Source of the DNA: Callorhinchus milii
Taxonomy: Eukaryota
DNA length: 64,000 bases
Assembly (NCBI RefSeq): GCF_018977255.1
Contig: NW_024704755.1
Coordinates: forward strand, 13,826,001 to 13,890,000
Direction of reading: 5' to 3'
A program made the translations under genes and the position numbers. This document shows positions 10,161 to 23,114 of this stretch, piece by piece. A model generated the notes under the pieces. It was not told the origin of the DNA. It saw nothing but the letters and a program-made list of their open reading frames with translations, and did not search any database. Numbering within the stretch: position 1 is the first letter of the stretch; the number at the start of each line of letters is the position of its first letter.

Positions 10161-13004
10161 CAATCTGCGAGATAGAAGACATTCAAGTTGCAAAGAAGCA
10201 GCAGCACCCAGACAGCAAAACCCACCTTGCACTGCGCCTGTGTAGTCTACAAAACAATGGCTCCACCAAGTTAGACCAAGTAACAAGAAGGGTCGATTGG
10301 GTAAACCCTGCTCCAATTTTCACAGCTCTGAGCACTTCCCCAAGAGGAAGTTGAAAATGGAAATGGAAATGACTTGCAAAACACAAGCCGGAACAAAATT
10401 ATTATTGCGCTCTATAAATGAAATCTTGTTGTTGTGTTGTTCTTGGGGCTGCTATGAACAATGGTAATTTGGCAGGTACTGGGCCATTCAACATAGCGTA
10501 TCAGATCATATGGTCCTGGGGCAATTGTTAACCTGCTGAAGCAAACTCCAGAATCTGGGTGGAGAGAGGGACACTTAATATGAATGCTGTTCTATGATTG
10601 GAGACCCTGTAACATGATCAGAGTTGCCCCTGTGGAGAACCTGCTTATTAGCAGGACTTATTATTTAGTCCATTCATCTCTTTGGACTAAATATGACCAG
10701 AAACGCAAGAGTATTATAGACACCATCGAGTCACAGAAAATGTAGTTATACATTGCTGTTGCGTATCATCGCGAAGAAAGTTTTTTTAAAAAAAATTCTC
10801 TCTAAAAGTATATTTTAAAATCCTTCCAAAAATGTCCTTACCCAATTGTTTGCAGATGGATTCCGGCGCCTCCTCAATCAGGCTGTTCCATGATGTTTGC
10901 AAAAAAAATACAGTAAGTGAATTAACGTTTCTTTCAACCCATCAAAAGTAAATACAATAAGCAAGCTCATTCACTTGGTGGTATAAAGTGAAAACAAAGA
11001 AAATCCTTCTCTGTTGGCCTTAAACAGTCCAGCGCAAATCAACCATCAAACAAACTGAAGTACACAACCAGCAGACAACCACTGAAAGCAAGTTCACTGC
11101 TCAGATAATTACAACGCTTGTTGATGCATAAAGGGTACAGCAACTTGGGTAAGATGGCTGTCTCCTGTTCAATGAGTGAGTGTCACCTGGCAAAAGAGGA
11201 AGTGGTGAACTAGAATGCACTAGAAAACAGGATCTAAAAGGAAATATTGAGAACCTTGTCTGCGAGTGCGGTTACAATAAATGGCAGTCCCTTGTTTCTC
11301 TGTTTTTGCTCCCTGACAATTTCTGTTCTCCACTTTTCTCCTCTCCCTTCCACTCTCCTCTCTGAGAGTGTTTGACTCCTTTTCCCTTACCCTGGACTAC
11401 ACTTTCTGTGAAGCTTTCTGTATCTCACCTAAAGGTCCACTATTCAACTGAAGGTCTTGATACTGAGTGTGACAGGCTGTTCAACATACAGCTCAGCCCA
11501 ATGCTGTCCTCACCAATTTGACCTTCAAGCAGGAATAGCAGGGATAGTGGACAGAACTGAGAATCCTGGCTTATTTTACCCTCTCTAACCTAACCTAAGG
11601 GGCATTGAAACCAATACTAACCTCAACTGCAGTCCACATTGACCGCAAGGTTGATCCTGTGATTTATAACATAATCTTATATGTACATAACATCTTCCAC
11701 ATGCGATAGTGCCTCAGAGCTCTTTATAAAGATGATGAAGGATGGAAGCAGGATGGAAAACAGGGATTGACAGCACAAGGGAATTTAGGTCTTTGTTCCA
11801 GAGAGCGGAGGCAGAGTGGCTGAAAGTGGGGCCACAATTGGTGGGATGGAATGACTGAGGAATACCCAATAGTCCCAAGTTGGGGGAGGAGAGTTGATGG
11901 CCAGGAGAAAGGGGCTGGAGCAGTTTGCAGAAGTAAGGTGAGGCGCGGCCTTGAACATAATATCAAGACAAGGATTTTGCTTGTTTCGTTGTTTTCATTG
12001 AGCAGGGTTGTCTTGTATAGGATTACATTGGTGTTTATCCAACGTCCAGACCTCATTGAAATTGACCAGATTGAGATTGAACGGTAATGGGAAACGGGAC
12101 CTTGACAGAAAAGGATTGCCATGTACTCCATGAACATTATTGCTGGCTATAGCTCAATTCATTGGGAGTTTCAGAGCAGTGCCTTCAACAATAACAACAA
12201 GATTACATTCGTATAGCGCCTTTCACGTCGGTAGGACGTTCCAAGGCTTCAGAGATTGATACTCGGTTTAGTCGGAATGTTAGGACTGAATCATATCAAA
12301 TTTTCACACCTAACGTGAAGAAGACATCAGTGACTGCAAATGCTCCATCTTTGAGCATTAAGTTGATGCCACTATCTATCTGTCGTTGAGCGTATCCAGT
12401 ATTGTATCATGTCCTCCTGCATTCTGCAAGTGATGGATCCACCTTTCTGAAAAGTTGGCAGGTCCACTTATTTCTCCAATATAATTCATCCTTTTGATGA
12501 CTTCTCCAGAGCTCTTGCTGAGCCACACCATTCCCATGTCTATCAGTGCAATACACCAACCAGAACCTTTCCAATCCCTCAATGTGTGGTAAGGTTGGCA
12601 ACATTTAAGGAAGGTGACAGCTGAGCACTTGGGATCAATGAACACTTTGTTCATTGTGAAATGAGTTATTTGAATGAAATTAGTTCACCAGTTATTTGAT
12701 TTGAACAAGTGACTGCTCGGCTGACTTTTGAGGAACCTTTGTTAGTCTCTGAGACTCTAATCAATCCCCAGTAAGTAGTATTACCAGGCGTATTAATCTA
12801 ATCGCTCAATACCTTTCAATTGCAATGCCAAATGAGCCGCGTTAGAGTGACTTCAGTTACAACTTGTTATTTGTCAGGCATACAGAAAGTGTCAATTTAC
12901 GTTACAAGGCTTGTCACTTGTCGCCCAACACAGTGGAATTTTCAGTGACTCACATGTACCAATATTAGTGTAGCGTTGTACTTTGCTGTGACTGCAGGCA
13001 CTGG

Positions 13005-13152
13005 CCTGCTCCACACCCCCCGCCCTGCCTGCTCCACACCCCCCGCCCTGCCTGCTCCACACCCCCCGCCCTGCCTGCTCCACACCCCCCGCCCTGCCTG
13101 CTCCACACCCCCCGCCCTGCCTGCTCCACACCCCCCGCCCTGCCTGCTCCAC
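13005..13152 (+). repeat. Minisatellite, ~6.4 x 23 bp (CCTGCTCCACACCCCCCGCCCTG), L2-derived
   Basis: Exact tandem units; followed directly by an L2 3' end at 13150-13420. Confidence 0.9.
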
Positions 13153-14786
13153 TATCGGCGGTCAGGCTTTCCTTCGGCCTTTCAGCCCCCACCCTCTGGA
13201 ATTCCATCCGCCTCGCCACCTCTCTTGCCTCCTTCAAAGTCCATCACGAGACCTTCCTTTTCAACCGTGCCTTCGATCATCTTCCCTCTTCCGCCCCCCG
13301 TTGCGCTCAATCCCTCTCTGAACCCAACCCACAGCCTGGGTGCTAACCCCTCATTGCCCAGCGTCTTGGAACGTCTTCCTGACGTTAATCGTGCTATACA
13401 AATGCAATTTGTTGTTGTTGTTGTGAAGCTCCTCTGCATTCTATCTGATACCAATAATCCTTCAGTTAAATTGGTTATTCACTTCCTGGTTGTTTGTGAG
13501 ACGTTGATGCATGCAAGTTGGCTGCCGATCTTGCCTACAAATACACTGCAATTACATCTACAGTCATTCTAAACTGGACCATGCTTAACATTTATTGGAT
13601 TGCAGTTACTACCACTGTGGTGTAGTGCAGTGGTTCTAAAAGCTTCCACACCCAGGCAGGATATTGTGTTCATTTCTACTGCAGGCTTTTACAAAATAAT
13701 CATCTAATCTTAAGTGGTAAAAATGAAGGAAACCGAGAAGTGGTTCAGCCCAAGTCAATTTGCCGTGACAATGAGAGAGGTTTTACTTGCCTGACTCCAC
13801 ATGGTTTTGTGCTGTAGTTTCATCACAAGTTGCCCAGATATTAGACTAACCGGTTGGTGGCAGGCAGGTGGGTCGGCTCACTGCTGATATAGTGAGTTAG
13901 GAGAGTGTATATTGCACTGGCACAGAGGGTTTGGAAAATTAAGGAGATAACTTTTTATATTAAAAAAAAGAGGGTCAGAGTTTTCATTAAAATATTCATG
14001 AGTTTCAGAGGCTGAAGCATGGAGCAATAGAGACATGTTTCAGTATATGCAGTCACGCTAGTTGCCAAAGCCCTAAAGGATCGGGTGGTACCAGCTGGAC
14101 AAGCAGCGGGAAAGCTTGCCAGACAGCGATCTCAATGGCAAGCTATGCAGTTTTAGCTGGTCACACTCCAGCAGTTACCCCAACGCACACTTGGGAGTCC
14201 CCAAGCCTTGACTCCTGTCAAACTGCACCTAATACTTTCTGAATTAGGTAAGCGGGACAACTCCCTGACGAGTGCTCATTCCATTCCAACAAGCTATCTC
14301 TGGAATTTCCATGAGGAGGTGGGTTACCACAAAATTACCACATCAGACTGCATAGAGACTGTCCAGCTCTGCCCAGAATCACCATGTTGACCAGAAAATC
14401 GGATTGATCTGGGTCAGGTCACGTCACGGAAAGGTTATGGTTTCCTTTTTCAAAAAGCAAGATCTACCAGCTAAATAATTTCCACACACAACAGCAATCT
14501 AGATTTAACTCCAGATAACATTTCCGTTTTAAACTTCAGACGAAACCTTGTTTTAAGCACAGTCTTTGCTTGACATATTGACATATTTGCGAGCCCCACC
14601 AGCCGCCCCGCAGTCCCGACCCAAAAAAAAATGACCCGCAGCCGGTGTCACAAACCGCAGTGAGATGTCTGATGTCTGAACACGCTATAAGGCACGTTAC
14701 CTATAAAGTCTTTGTCTTTCACACCTACCTCTAGTTTGCTCCCAGTTCCATGAAGAGATGGATTGAGTTAAGGATCTTTACTCAGA

Positions 14787-14841
14787 ATGTTTGCTGTGAG
14801 GACACTTCTTTTGCTTTTGAGGCTGGGAATGATTTTCACAG
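14787..14841 (+). CDS. VJ-C1 receptor exon 1, signal peptide
   Basis: [18 protein letters not shown]+G|gtgcgt; hydrophobic core, phase 1 as in typical IgSF leaders. Confidence 0.75.
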
Positions 14842-17800
14842 GTGCGTGTGATCACATTGCAGAAAGGTCATTTACCCAAACTGGAAAGTTTCTGTGCAAT
14901 AATTTTTGGAGTTGTGCTTCACTTTGATTGTCCTTTTCGGTTTTCACGTGTCCGCAGATTACTTGCTGTGGAGCGCGTTTAACTCACATTTATTTACTGT
15001 ATTATTTATTGTTACTTTCCTTTCCTCCAGTTACCTGGAAACCTCTCCAGAACGTGAAACAGGTTCCTGAGCGGCTGAGAAAGACTAAAGGCACAAATGC
15101 GACCTTTTATTGCTCTTTCTCGCTTGTCAAAGATAAATCCCAAATTGATGTCCAATGGTGGAGGGAGGGAGAAGAGGAATTATTGAACAGAAGGGATACC
15201 AGGAATCGATTTGAAGTTGTGAATCTAGGTACTGCCGTCTTTCACCTCCTAAATTTGAGTGTCTCGGACTCAGGACGCTATTACTGCAAAGTCAGATACG
15301 AGCTTCAAATCGGGAATGGAAATGGCACATGGCTGGATGTAAGCGGTGAGTGCCTCCAACGCTGGGAATCCACAGAATAAATAAATAATCCTGGTACTTG
15401 ATACAGCATCAATAAAGTGTAGCGACTGTGCATTTGTAGGCTAGACAGCCACTTTGCATCCGGCAATGTCCCACGACAGACACAATGAGAATTACAAATC
15501 TTATCTGCATCCCAAAACTGTGTTAGATATTACACGTGGTGTTGGACACTATTTTAGCTCATTAATATTGGTCAATTTTCTACCTTAATAATCCTTACAT
15601 TTGGTATCGTGCCTTTCACATTAAAAGGACATATGTGGCAGCTAATTGAATGCACAGTAGTGTCCCACAAATAGCCATGAAGTAAATGAAAAGTAAAAGT
15701 AATTTTTTTATTTGGTAGAATTGTTGGCCAGGACACAAGGAGAAACTTAATGCCTCGCAATTGCAGCAATATTTGTAAAGGTGAGGATAAATCTATTTGT
15801 GGCCACAGTTGTTCTGTGCATTAAAAATATTCAATCCTATACATTAGGAAGTATTTTATTATCAAAAAGCCTAAATAAACAGAAATAAAATAACAGAGAG
15901 CAATCAAACTGTATATCCAGTGAAGTGAGTAAGTTACAATTAAAATAATCTTAATAATAATCATTGCATTTGATATTGTGCCTTAACACATCATTGAGAC
16001 GTCTCAAAGCGCTTCAAATTATAACGTTAAAGGCTAGAAAAGTACGAATTCTTCTAACTCCAGAGGTTCATCACTTTGACCATACGTTCAGCCGCCCTTC
16101 CTTCCCTTTCCTTCCTCAATTTCTCCCCCTCCAGCTCAGGTTTGCGAAACAGTTGTGTGAGGCTCTTTGATACATCCTCCCAATGTGAAATGCACTACAG
16201 AATATACATGTAAATTATAATAATAATCATAATAATAATAACTCTTGCATGTGATATAGCGCGTTATCAAGTCTTCGAGACGTCTCAAAGCGCTGCACAG
16301 AATATACTGTAAGTGAATTGACTGTGTATTTTGTGGGCGAAACCCAGCAGCCAATTGCGCATAGCAGTTTCCCACAAACAGTCGTGGATTGAAGTGACCA
16401 AATTATTATTTATTTATTGTTTAAAAAAAGTTGATGGGATTATTGTGGTTCACTTAAATTGTAGCCAAAATTTGAAGAATAAGAAGTCTGTAAAAACAGA
16501 AAACAAAAAGCTCAACATCTCTTGGCATCTTTCCCACTTGGGGCAAAGGTTCAGTTCAGTTAAAAACATCGTTAAAGCTCTTGTCCATCGTGCAAAACGG
16601 AGAAAGTTTGCAAATCGTTCACTTTGATTTAAGATTTTTGTCATTTTACAAAGAAAAACTTGGCTGATACCTAAGGATGCTTCTACACCTTTTGCGTCCG
16701 TCTTTTTAAAACATGTTTTGCATCAAAAGCCATTGAACTGAGGTCCTGTAGAGTATTGGTTAGAGCACTCGCCTCACAAGCGAGAGGACCCGGGTCAGGT
16801 TTGATTCCCGAGCGGGCGAAACCTTAGGCAAGTTTCCTTACTCCACACATCTCTATTTACATTGCAGTAAGTAGGAACTCGGACGTTAGTTGAAGGGATT
16901 ATGACTGTAGGCAGATCGCTTTCCGGGGTTATAATCCCTTCAAAAAAATAATAATTTGGTCGCTCAATCTACGACTGTTTGTGGGACACTGCTGTGCGTA
17001 ATTGGCTGCCATGGTTCACCCACAAAAATATATAGTCAATTGACTTCACAGTATATTCTGTGCAGGGCTTTGAGACATCTGAACAACTTGATAAAGCGTT
17101 ACATTAAATGCAAGGATTATCATCTTGAAGTCAAGTTCTAAATTGTGCTAAATTCTGAAAACCTAGGAATTATATATTTTGTAGGAGAGAGGTGGATGAA
17201 GAAGAGATATAAACTTTTCATATACCATACAAATTTACATTTTTAATAGCGACCTTCACATTCGGAGGACGTCGCAAGGCACTTGGCAGTCCTGATTTAT
17301 AGTAATAATAATAATAATTCTTGCATTTGACATAGAGCCTTACCACGTCATTGAGATGTCTCAAAGTGCTTCATAGAATATATTGTAGAGTTGAAAATGA
17401 CTCTGTATGTTGCGGGTGAAACGCGACAGCTAGTTGCACACAAACAGGGAATTAGCACATATAATCAGAGAACGATTCAAATTGTAGCCAGACCAAAGCA
17501 GAGAGTGACATGTTAATGTGTAACTTCTATTAATCAATTACAATTAAAATAAATATAAATTTCTATTGTATATTAAGTGTTTATGTCTCTTCTTCATCTA
17601 TTAATCAGTAACATTAATAATAAGCAGCGAGACATTGCGGTGAATTGCCGTTGATGGAAACAAGTCTGTCCACGCTGCATTGCCAGCATGTTTTGCTTTA
17701 ATTTCACACAATAATAATCCTTGCATTTGATATAGAGCCTTATCACATCATTGAGACTTCTCAAAGCGCTTCACAGGATATGCAGGACTGTATATTTTGT

Positions 17801-20800
17801 GCGCGAAATACATTCCAGTTATTCCTTTTATTCCATTTTATCTGTCCGGTCAGTGCCTGCTACCAGACAGCATCTCATAAAAAAAATTGTCAATTTTGTA
17901 CTCTTTTTTTAAGACATATTGAACTGAAAGTTAGTAATCTTAGTAATCCTCTTGGGCGAGGAGGCAACGACACTTGTGGAGTCTGAACCATTCGTTGCCG
18001 AGTTCTAGAAGGTCAACAGAGATATTTGTACTAGATTGTATTGTGTTATAACAATACATTTGGGCATTGAGTTGCCCTGGGACAGTGCTCAGTGAACACA
18101 CACAGCCCGGGCTGTGGGTTTCAATTAAAAGATAGGTCGAGGAAACCAATAAAACATCTGAATGTTTAAACACGAAGGAGCTTGCAGGGCAGATCGGGTG
18201 TGGAGTCACGTTTCTCAGAAATCTCTCAAAGAAACAATGACCTACAGAAGTTAGCAGAGAACCAGGGAGAGAGAGAGAGAGAGAGAGAGCTCAGGTGCTC
18301 TCAGTTACTGTGAAATCCATCGCTATGCTTTTGGAACACCATCCAAATACTCTCCCTTTCTCTTGCCCAGTGCTTCCCTATTCTATCTGCTGAGCTAAAA
18401 TAACATTTTCTTCCCTTATCTGCTCTCAAGTTCCCCCAGCTCCTTTGAAGATCACCTCCATCCCGCTTGAAAGGAGTTCATCTGTGTTTCTGAAGCTGGT
18501 GTGTAAGACCCATGGGTTTTACCCAGACGAGCTGCAACTCAGCTGGTTTGTGAATGGCTCAGAGATTGCGACGGGGATCAGCACTGATGTACAGCCGAGT
18601 GAACAGGGGCTCTTTCAAGTGTCCAGCTCCATGGAAGAGAAAAGCGCTGTGCAGCCGGGGACAGTTTATACCTGTCAAGTCTCCCACCCCTCTCTCCAGA
18701 CTCCAGCCATCTCTAATTACATTTTCACCTCTCCAGGTAATGGTTAGACGTTTCTCAATGCTGCTCCCATGATTATTGGAAGGTTGTGTCCCACACGCAC
18801 ATCATTGAACACCCTTCACCCCAACACACACACACACACCAACACTCATCCGCACACCACTGCCCCCCTCCCTCCCCCCCTCAAACATACCCTGCATGAG
18901 GGGAGCTATATAAATGCGAGTTGTTGTCGTTGTCCAGCATCTTGGGACGTTCTTCCGATGTGAAAGGCGTTATATAAATGAAATGTGTTATGAATCTGGG
19001 TTTAACGTTTTGAAGACAAAATGATTCTCAATTCGAGCTGTGTAAACGATGAAAACGTTTTCATCAATCCTACCTGAGGAGTCAGAAGAACCGTGGAGTA
19101 TTTGGCATGATCATGTGTGGAGTTAGGTGACAATGTGGTTTTATATCAATCTTTTTTTTTGTTATTTCCAGGCATTTTTTTCATGATTCACGGTGAGGGA
19201 AACAATGAAGTTGATTCCCTTGTGTTAGCGGGACGGTCTAGGAAGGACTAGATAATCTAGTCCTGAAGTGAAATTCGGAGGTCACATAGAACTAGATAAA
19301 ATGGTGTGGGGGATGGATAAAGTAAACCTAGAACAGGTTCAGATATTGATAAGGCAGGATGGAGGATAATAATCTTTGCAATTGATCTCGCGCCTTATCA
19401 CATCGTTGAGACATCTCAAAGCGCTTCATTGAATATATTGTAAAGCGTATATTTTGTGGGCAGAATGAATCTTCAGGAAAAGAGAGAATATTAGAGGGAA
19501 ATAAACAGCAAACTGAATTTTGTACTTGTTTTGTATATATTGCAGAAAATGCCAACCATTTACCCTGGTGGCTCTACGCTTCTATAGGAACTGGAGCTTT
19601 CCTTCTATTACTTCCAATTAGCATACTGATACTCTGTAGGTGCTGTATATTCAAAGGTAAGGATGCCTGGTTTTGTTTTGTGATATGAATTGAACCTAGG
19701 TCAGTCAATATTTCAAGCGTATAAGGTCGGACGCCATAATTAACTTTGAAGTCGTCAATTGAGTTGAAAGCAATCTGGGTTTATCAGATGTATTGTTGGC
19801 CATGAACCTAGAACCTTCTGACTCAGAGGTGAGAGTCCTACCAACTGAGCCAGGCTCACACCGAAAAATAAAATTGATGGCAGATCCAAATTAACCTGCA
19901 CCTCAAGTATGTCATGGAAACAATTGATTTTTCTGTGGTACTTCTGTTTATTGTGACATTTCCAGTTCGCATTAAACTTTGAAATGAACGCCTCGTTTAG
20001 TCCAACAAAATAGTTAGAAAATCACACCAAAGTTAAAGATATTGAAATGTGTGATAACTGTGGTTTTTTTATACAAGATGTTAAATACTATTGAGATAAA
20101 CCCAGAACAATACTTCCAGGTATCCCAAGTCCTAGAGACAGGCCTAAGACGACATCATTTAGGACTGTGAAGGGAAACTTTAGGATAGACATAGAATCAT
20201 ATCATAAAATCATAGAATATACAGCGCAGAAGGAGGCTATTCGGCCCATCGTGTCTTTGCCGGCTCTTTGAAAAGAGCTATCCAATTCAATCCCACTCCC
20301 CCACTCTCTCCCCATAGCCCTGCAAACTTGTCCTTCCCAAATAATTATCTACTTCGCTCTTAAAAGTTGTTATCAAATCGGCTTCCCCCACACTTTCAGG
20401 CATCAGGATTCATTCCTTTAATCAGTCAACATCTGAAATGGGTCATCAGGAAGAATGACTTAGCCAGGAGGTGGACTCAATTTAAGAAACAGGTTGATGG
20501 TATAATGGGAATATGATAGGGTGGGTATTCTGGAAGGAAGGTCCTTCTTTACTCAAACCTATTTGGGATCATGTGCTAAATGTAAGGCCTCCTTTAATGC
20601 AACAGCAAATGTATCCATTTAAATATTTCCACCAGAAAAGCCATGTTCAAGATTCTTAAAACAGATATGTTCATCAGGCAAGTACAAATATGATCTTGAA
20701 TGAGTGCAGTAGTTAATTAGCATGGTTAGCAGTAGTTACTGTTGTGACTGTGCTAATTTCCGAGCACAATGATTTAAGGATGAGATCAGATGGGCCAAAG

Positions 20801-23114
20801 GGCTTATCCGGTGATGTAACCCAGCTTCTGTGTCATTCTGCTCACCAGGCAGAGAGATAACACCAGTGGAAACAGATGTTCAGGAAATGCAGGTACGTTG
20901 ACAAAAATCCCAGTTATCAGATATTCCAAGGTTTGTTGAAAATATTTGTTTTTAAACTGAAGTTTCCTGAACAGTGAGAGATAGAAAGACTCAAAACTTT
21001 ACTGAAATGGACGATTCATGTTTGAATGTATTACTTTTCTTTGGTTGTCAGAAGTGGTTGCGAAACTTTTAAATTAGTTTTCTTTTACAATTACTGAAGC
21101 AATGGCAACAACTAAGCAATAAAACCAGCACACATTACGTGCAGCATAAAGTTTCCAGTACTTGTCCTTGTCACATACATCCTGGAAAATAAAAACCTAA
21201 ATGGGGTAGAGGAGCAAAGGGACCTTGGGGTATACATACACAGTTTCACTAAAAGTAGCAACGCAGGTTAATAAGGTCATAAAAAAGCAAACCAGGCATT
21301 GGTGTTTATTTCTAGAGGGATAGAAATGAAAAGCAGGGAAGTTATGGTAAACTGCTACAGAACCTTGGTTACACCACACTTAGAATACTGGTTGCAGTTC
21401 TGGTCCCCACATTATAGACGGGATGTAGAGGGATTGGAGAGGGTGCAAAGGAGATTCACAAGGATAATCCCAGAACTGAGAGGTTCTACCTATCAGGAAA
21501 GGTTGAACAGCTTGGACTCTTTTCTCTTGAAAAGAGGAGGGTAAGGGGTGATCTAATAGAGGTCTTTAAAATGATGACAGGTTTTGATAGGGTAGACATA
21601 GGGAAAATGTTTCCACTTGTGGGGGAGACCCAAACCAGGGCCCATCAATATAAAATAGTCACAAATACATCAAACAGGGAAGTTAGAAGAAATTTCTTCA
21701 CACAGAGAGCAGTGGGAATGTGGAACATGCTACCACAAGGAGCTGTTGAGGCAAATAGCACAGATGTATTTAAGGGAAAGCTAAACAGGTACATGAGGGA
21801 GAAAGGAATAGAAGGTTATGCTTGAAGGCTTAGTTGAGGAAGGGCAGGAGGAGGCTCATGTGGAGCATAAATACCAGCATAGACTAGTTAGGCCGAATGG
21901 TCTTTTTCTGTGCTGTATATTCTAATATAATGTATTCAATGTAAATGGGGCAAGCTCCACTCCCAAAGCAAACTTGCGCCGCTTCCAATTCCTACACAAC
22001 TTATCTCAGCAAGCGAGTGATTGCAAATCAATATTAAATTTGTGTTGGGCAGTTTTGACCTGCATGCAAACTCACACCCACTCAAAAATGGATTGACACT
22101 ACCCATACCTCAGCTCACACTTACCACTTATGCCCAGGAGAGAACCCGGATTCAGACGGAGGTTTCAGAGGGAAAGGAAGGTTTTATGCCACACAATTCC
22201 CACAATTTATTCTTAAGGTTTTAGTTCATTGAAACTCACATCTACCTCTCTTTCTTTCTCCCTACGTTTTTGTTTTTCTTTGTGTTGCCTTTATTTGGAA
22301 TCAGTTTTCCCCAGTGTTACTTCCGCCCGAAACTCTGGAACTCTCTCCCTCAATTCCTCGTTCTTGCCCCCACCCCCACTCCCACCTTCAAATCCACCGA
22401 AAGACCTTCCTTTTTGATCCCGCTTACGGTCACCTACCCCTTCCCTCTCCCCCGGCTCGGTCTCAGACCCCGCCACTCTTAAGCGCTCCAGGACGCTACC
22501 CCAAGTGAAGGGTGCTATATAACCCCAAGTTATTGTTGTTGTTGCTACATCTCTTTTAACGGAACAGCGAAGCCGAGACTGTGGGTTCAACAACTGTAAC
22601 AGACTGTGAGAAAGATCAGGAGTTAATAAGGGTGAAAACATGACTTTCTTTAAATTACCATCAAGTTTTGACCCCAATCAGCGCAGTTACAATCACGAAT
22701 CAGTCAGAAAATCAGAAGTAGGACTATATTGTATTTGAAGATTTGGATATTCAGGGCTAATCTGCAGCATTTCTTAAGAAATACACAGTTATCACATTTC
22801 TAAATCTTTGAATTAGAAATTTGATAATGACACGTTTTCTATTTTTAAAAAAATCCTGTTTAAGAAATATTGCAAATTAGACAATAATGATGTAAAAAAT
22901 CAGAGTCTTGTCAATCGGAAGTTTTCCTGCTGTTTCCACGCAGCTCATGCAGAGACCAGCCAGTGAGGGGATGGCATACGCCACCTTGGATTTCAACAAC
23001 TCCAGGAAATGCCCAGATCCCCAACGCAAGCAGAAAACAACACAGCCACACGCAGCACCCAGGGTTCAAGCCAGAAACACAGAGATCACCTACGCCACAA
23101 CCAGATTCAAGTAG
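14787..23114 (+). CDS. Non-rearranging Ig-superfamily receptor: leader, VJ domain, C1 domain, TM and ITIM-like tail (PRARP/VJC1-like); 6 exons, 333 aa
   Basis: Exons 14787-14841, 15031-15345, 18431-18736, 19546-19656, 20849-20892 and 22944-23114 join in frame (1002 nt including TAG), all with GT-AG boundaries. V: [25 protein letters not shown]1: [27 protein letters not shown]. Tail: MAYATL and ITYATT. Confidence 0.85.
15031..15345 (+). CDS. VJ-C1 receptor exon 2, V-set Ig domain with germline J-like strand
   Basis: tttcctccag|..[56 protein letters not shown]|gtgagt; 315 nt, phase 1/1. Confidence 0.92.
16740..17115 (+). mobile_element. tRNA-derived SINE (long variant)
   Basis: gtcctgtagagtattggttagagcactcgcc head through the tail atcaaatgcaaggattat-like end. 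Confidence 0.85.
18268..18290 (+). repeat. (GA)n microsatellite
   Basis: gagagagagagagagagagagag. Confidence 0.85.
18431..18736 (+). CDS. VJ-C1 receptor exon 3, C1-set Ig domain
   Basis: ctctcaag|[52 protein letters not shown]..|gtaatg; 306 nt, phase 1/1. Confidence 0.92.
19546..19656 (+). CDS. VJ-C1 receptor exon 4, transmembrane segment
   Basis: tgcag|[37 protein letters not shown]|gtaagg; no charged residue within the TM. Confidence 0.85.
20185..20400 (-). mobile_element. CR1 3' end fragment
   Basis: catagaatcat..atagaatatacagcgcagaaggaggctattcggccc is an antisense CR1 tail. Confidence 0.7.
20849..20892 (+). CDS. VJ-C1 receptor exon 5, cytoplasmic
   Basis: ctcaccag|[15 protein letters not shown]|gtacgt; phase 1 to 0. 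Confidence 0.65.
21195..21940 (+). mobile_element. CR1 3' portion in the last intron of the VJ-C1 gene
   Basis: [34 protein letters not shown]. Confidence 0.88.
22944..23114 (+). CDS. VJ-C1 receptor exon 6, ITIM-like tail and stop
   Basis: tttccacgcag|[32 protein letters not shown]. Confidence 0.8.
   Translation, partial: LMQRPASEGMAYATLDFNNSRKCPDPQRKQKTTQPHAAPRVQARNTEITYATTRFK

Noticed and set aside
10160-10250. Signal-peptide-like reading VGFAVWVLLLLCNL as the first exon of the ADGRG gene
   Set aside because: No ATG in frame, no usable donor before an in-frame stop, and it abuts a SINE head. Other candidates near 8708-8750 and 10843-10883 could not be phased.
12376-12654. 92-aa and 65-aa minus-strand ORFs
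   Set aside because: No recognisable motif or convincing splice boundaries.
13005-13152. CRISPR-like array or any prokaryotic system
   Set aside because: The repeats are contiguous without spacers, and the window is spliceosomal vertebrate DNA.
15031-18430. RAG recombination signal sequences around the V exon
   Set aside because: No CACAGTG with a 12/23-spaced ACAAAAACC-like nonamer was found here. The CACAGTG copies near 8529 and 12927 lack nonamers. The gene is treated as non-rearranging.
21098-22632. Possible extra cytoplasmic exons of the VJ-C1 gene (near 21098-21170 and 22568-22632)
   Set aside because: Weak or phase-incompatible splice sites. Exons 5 and 6 join in frame without them.
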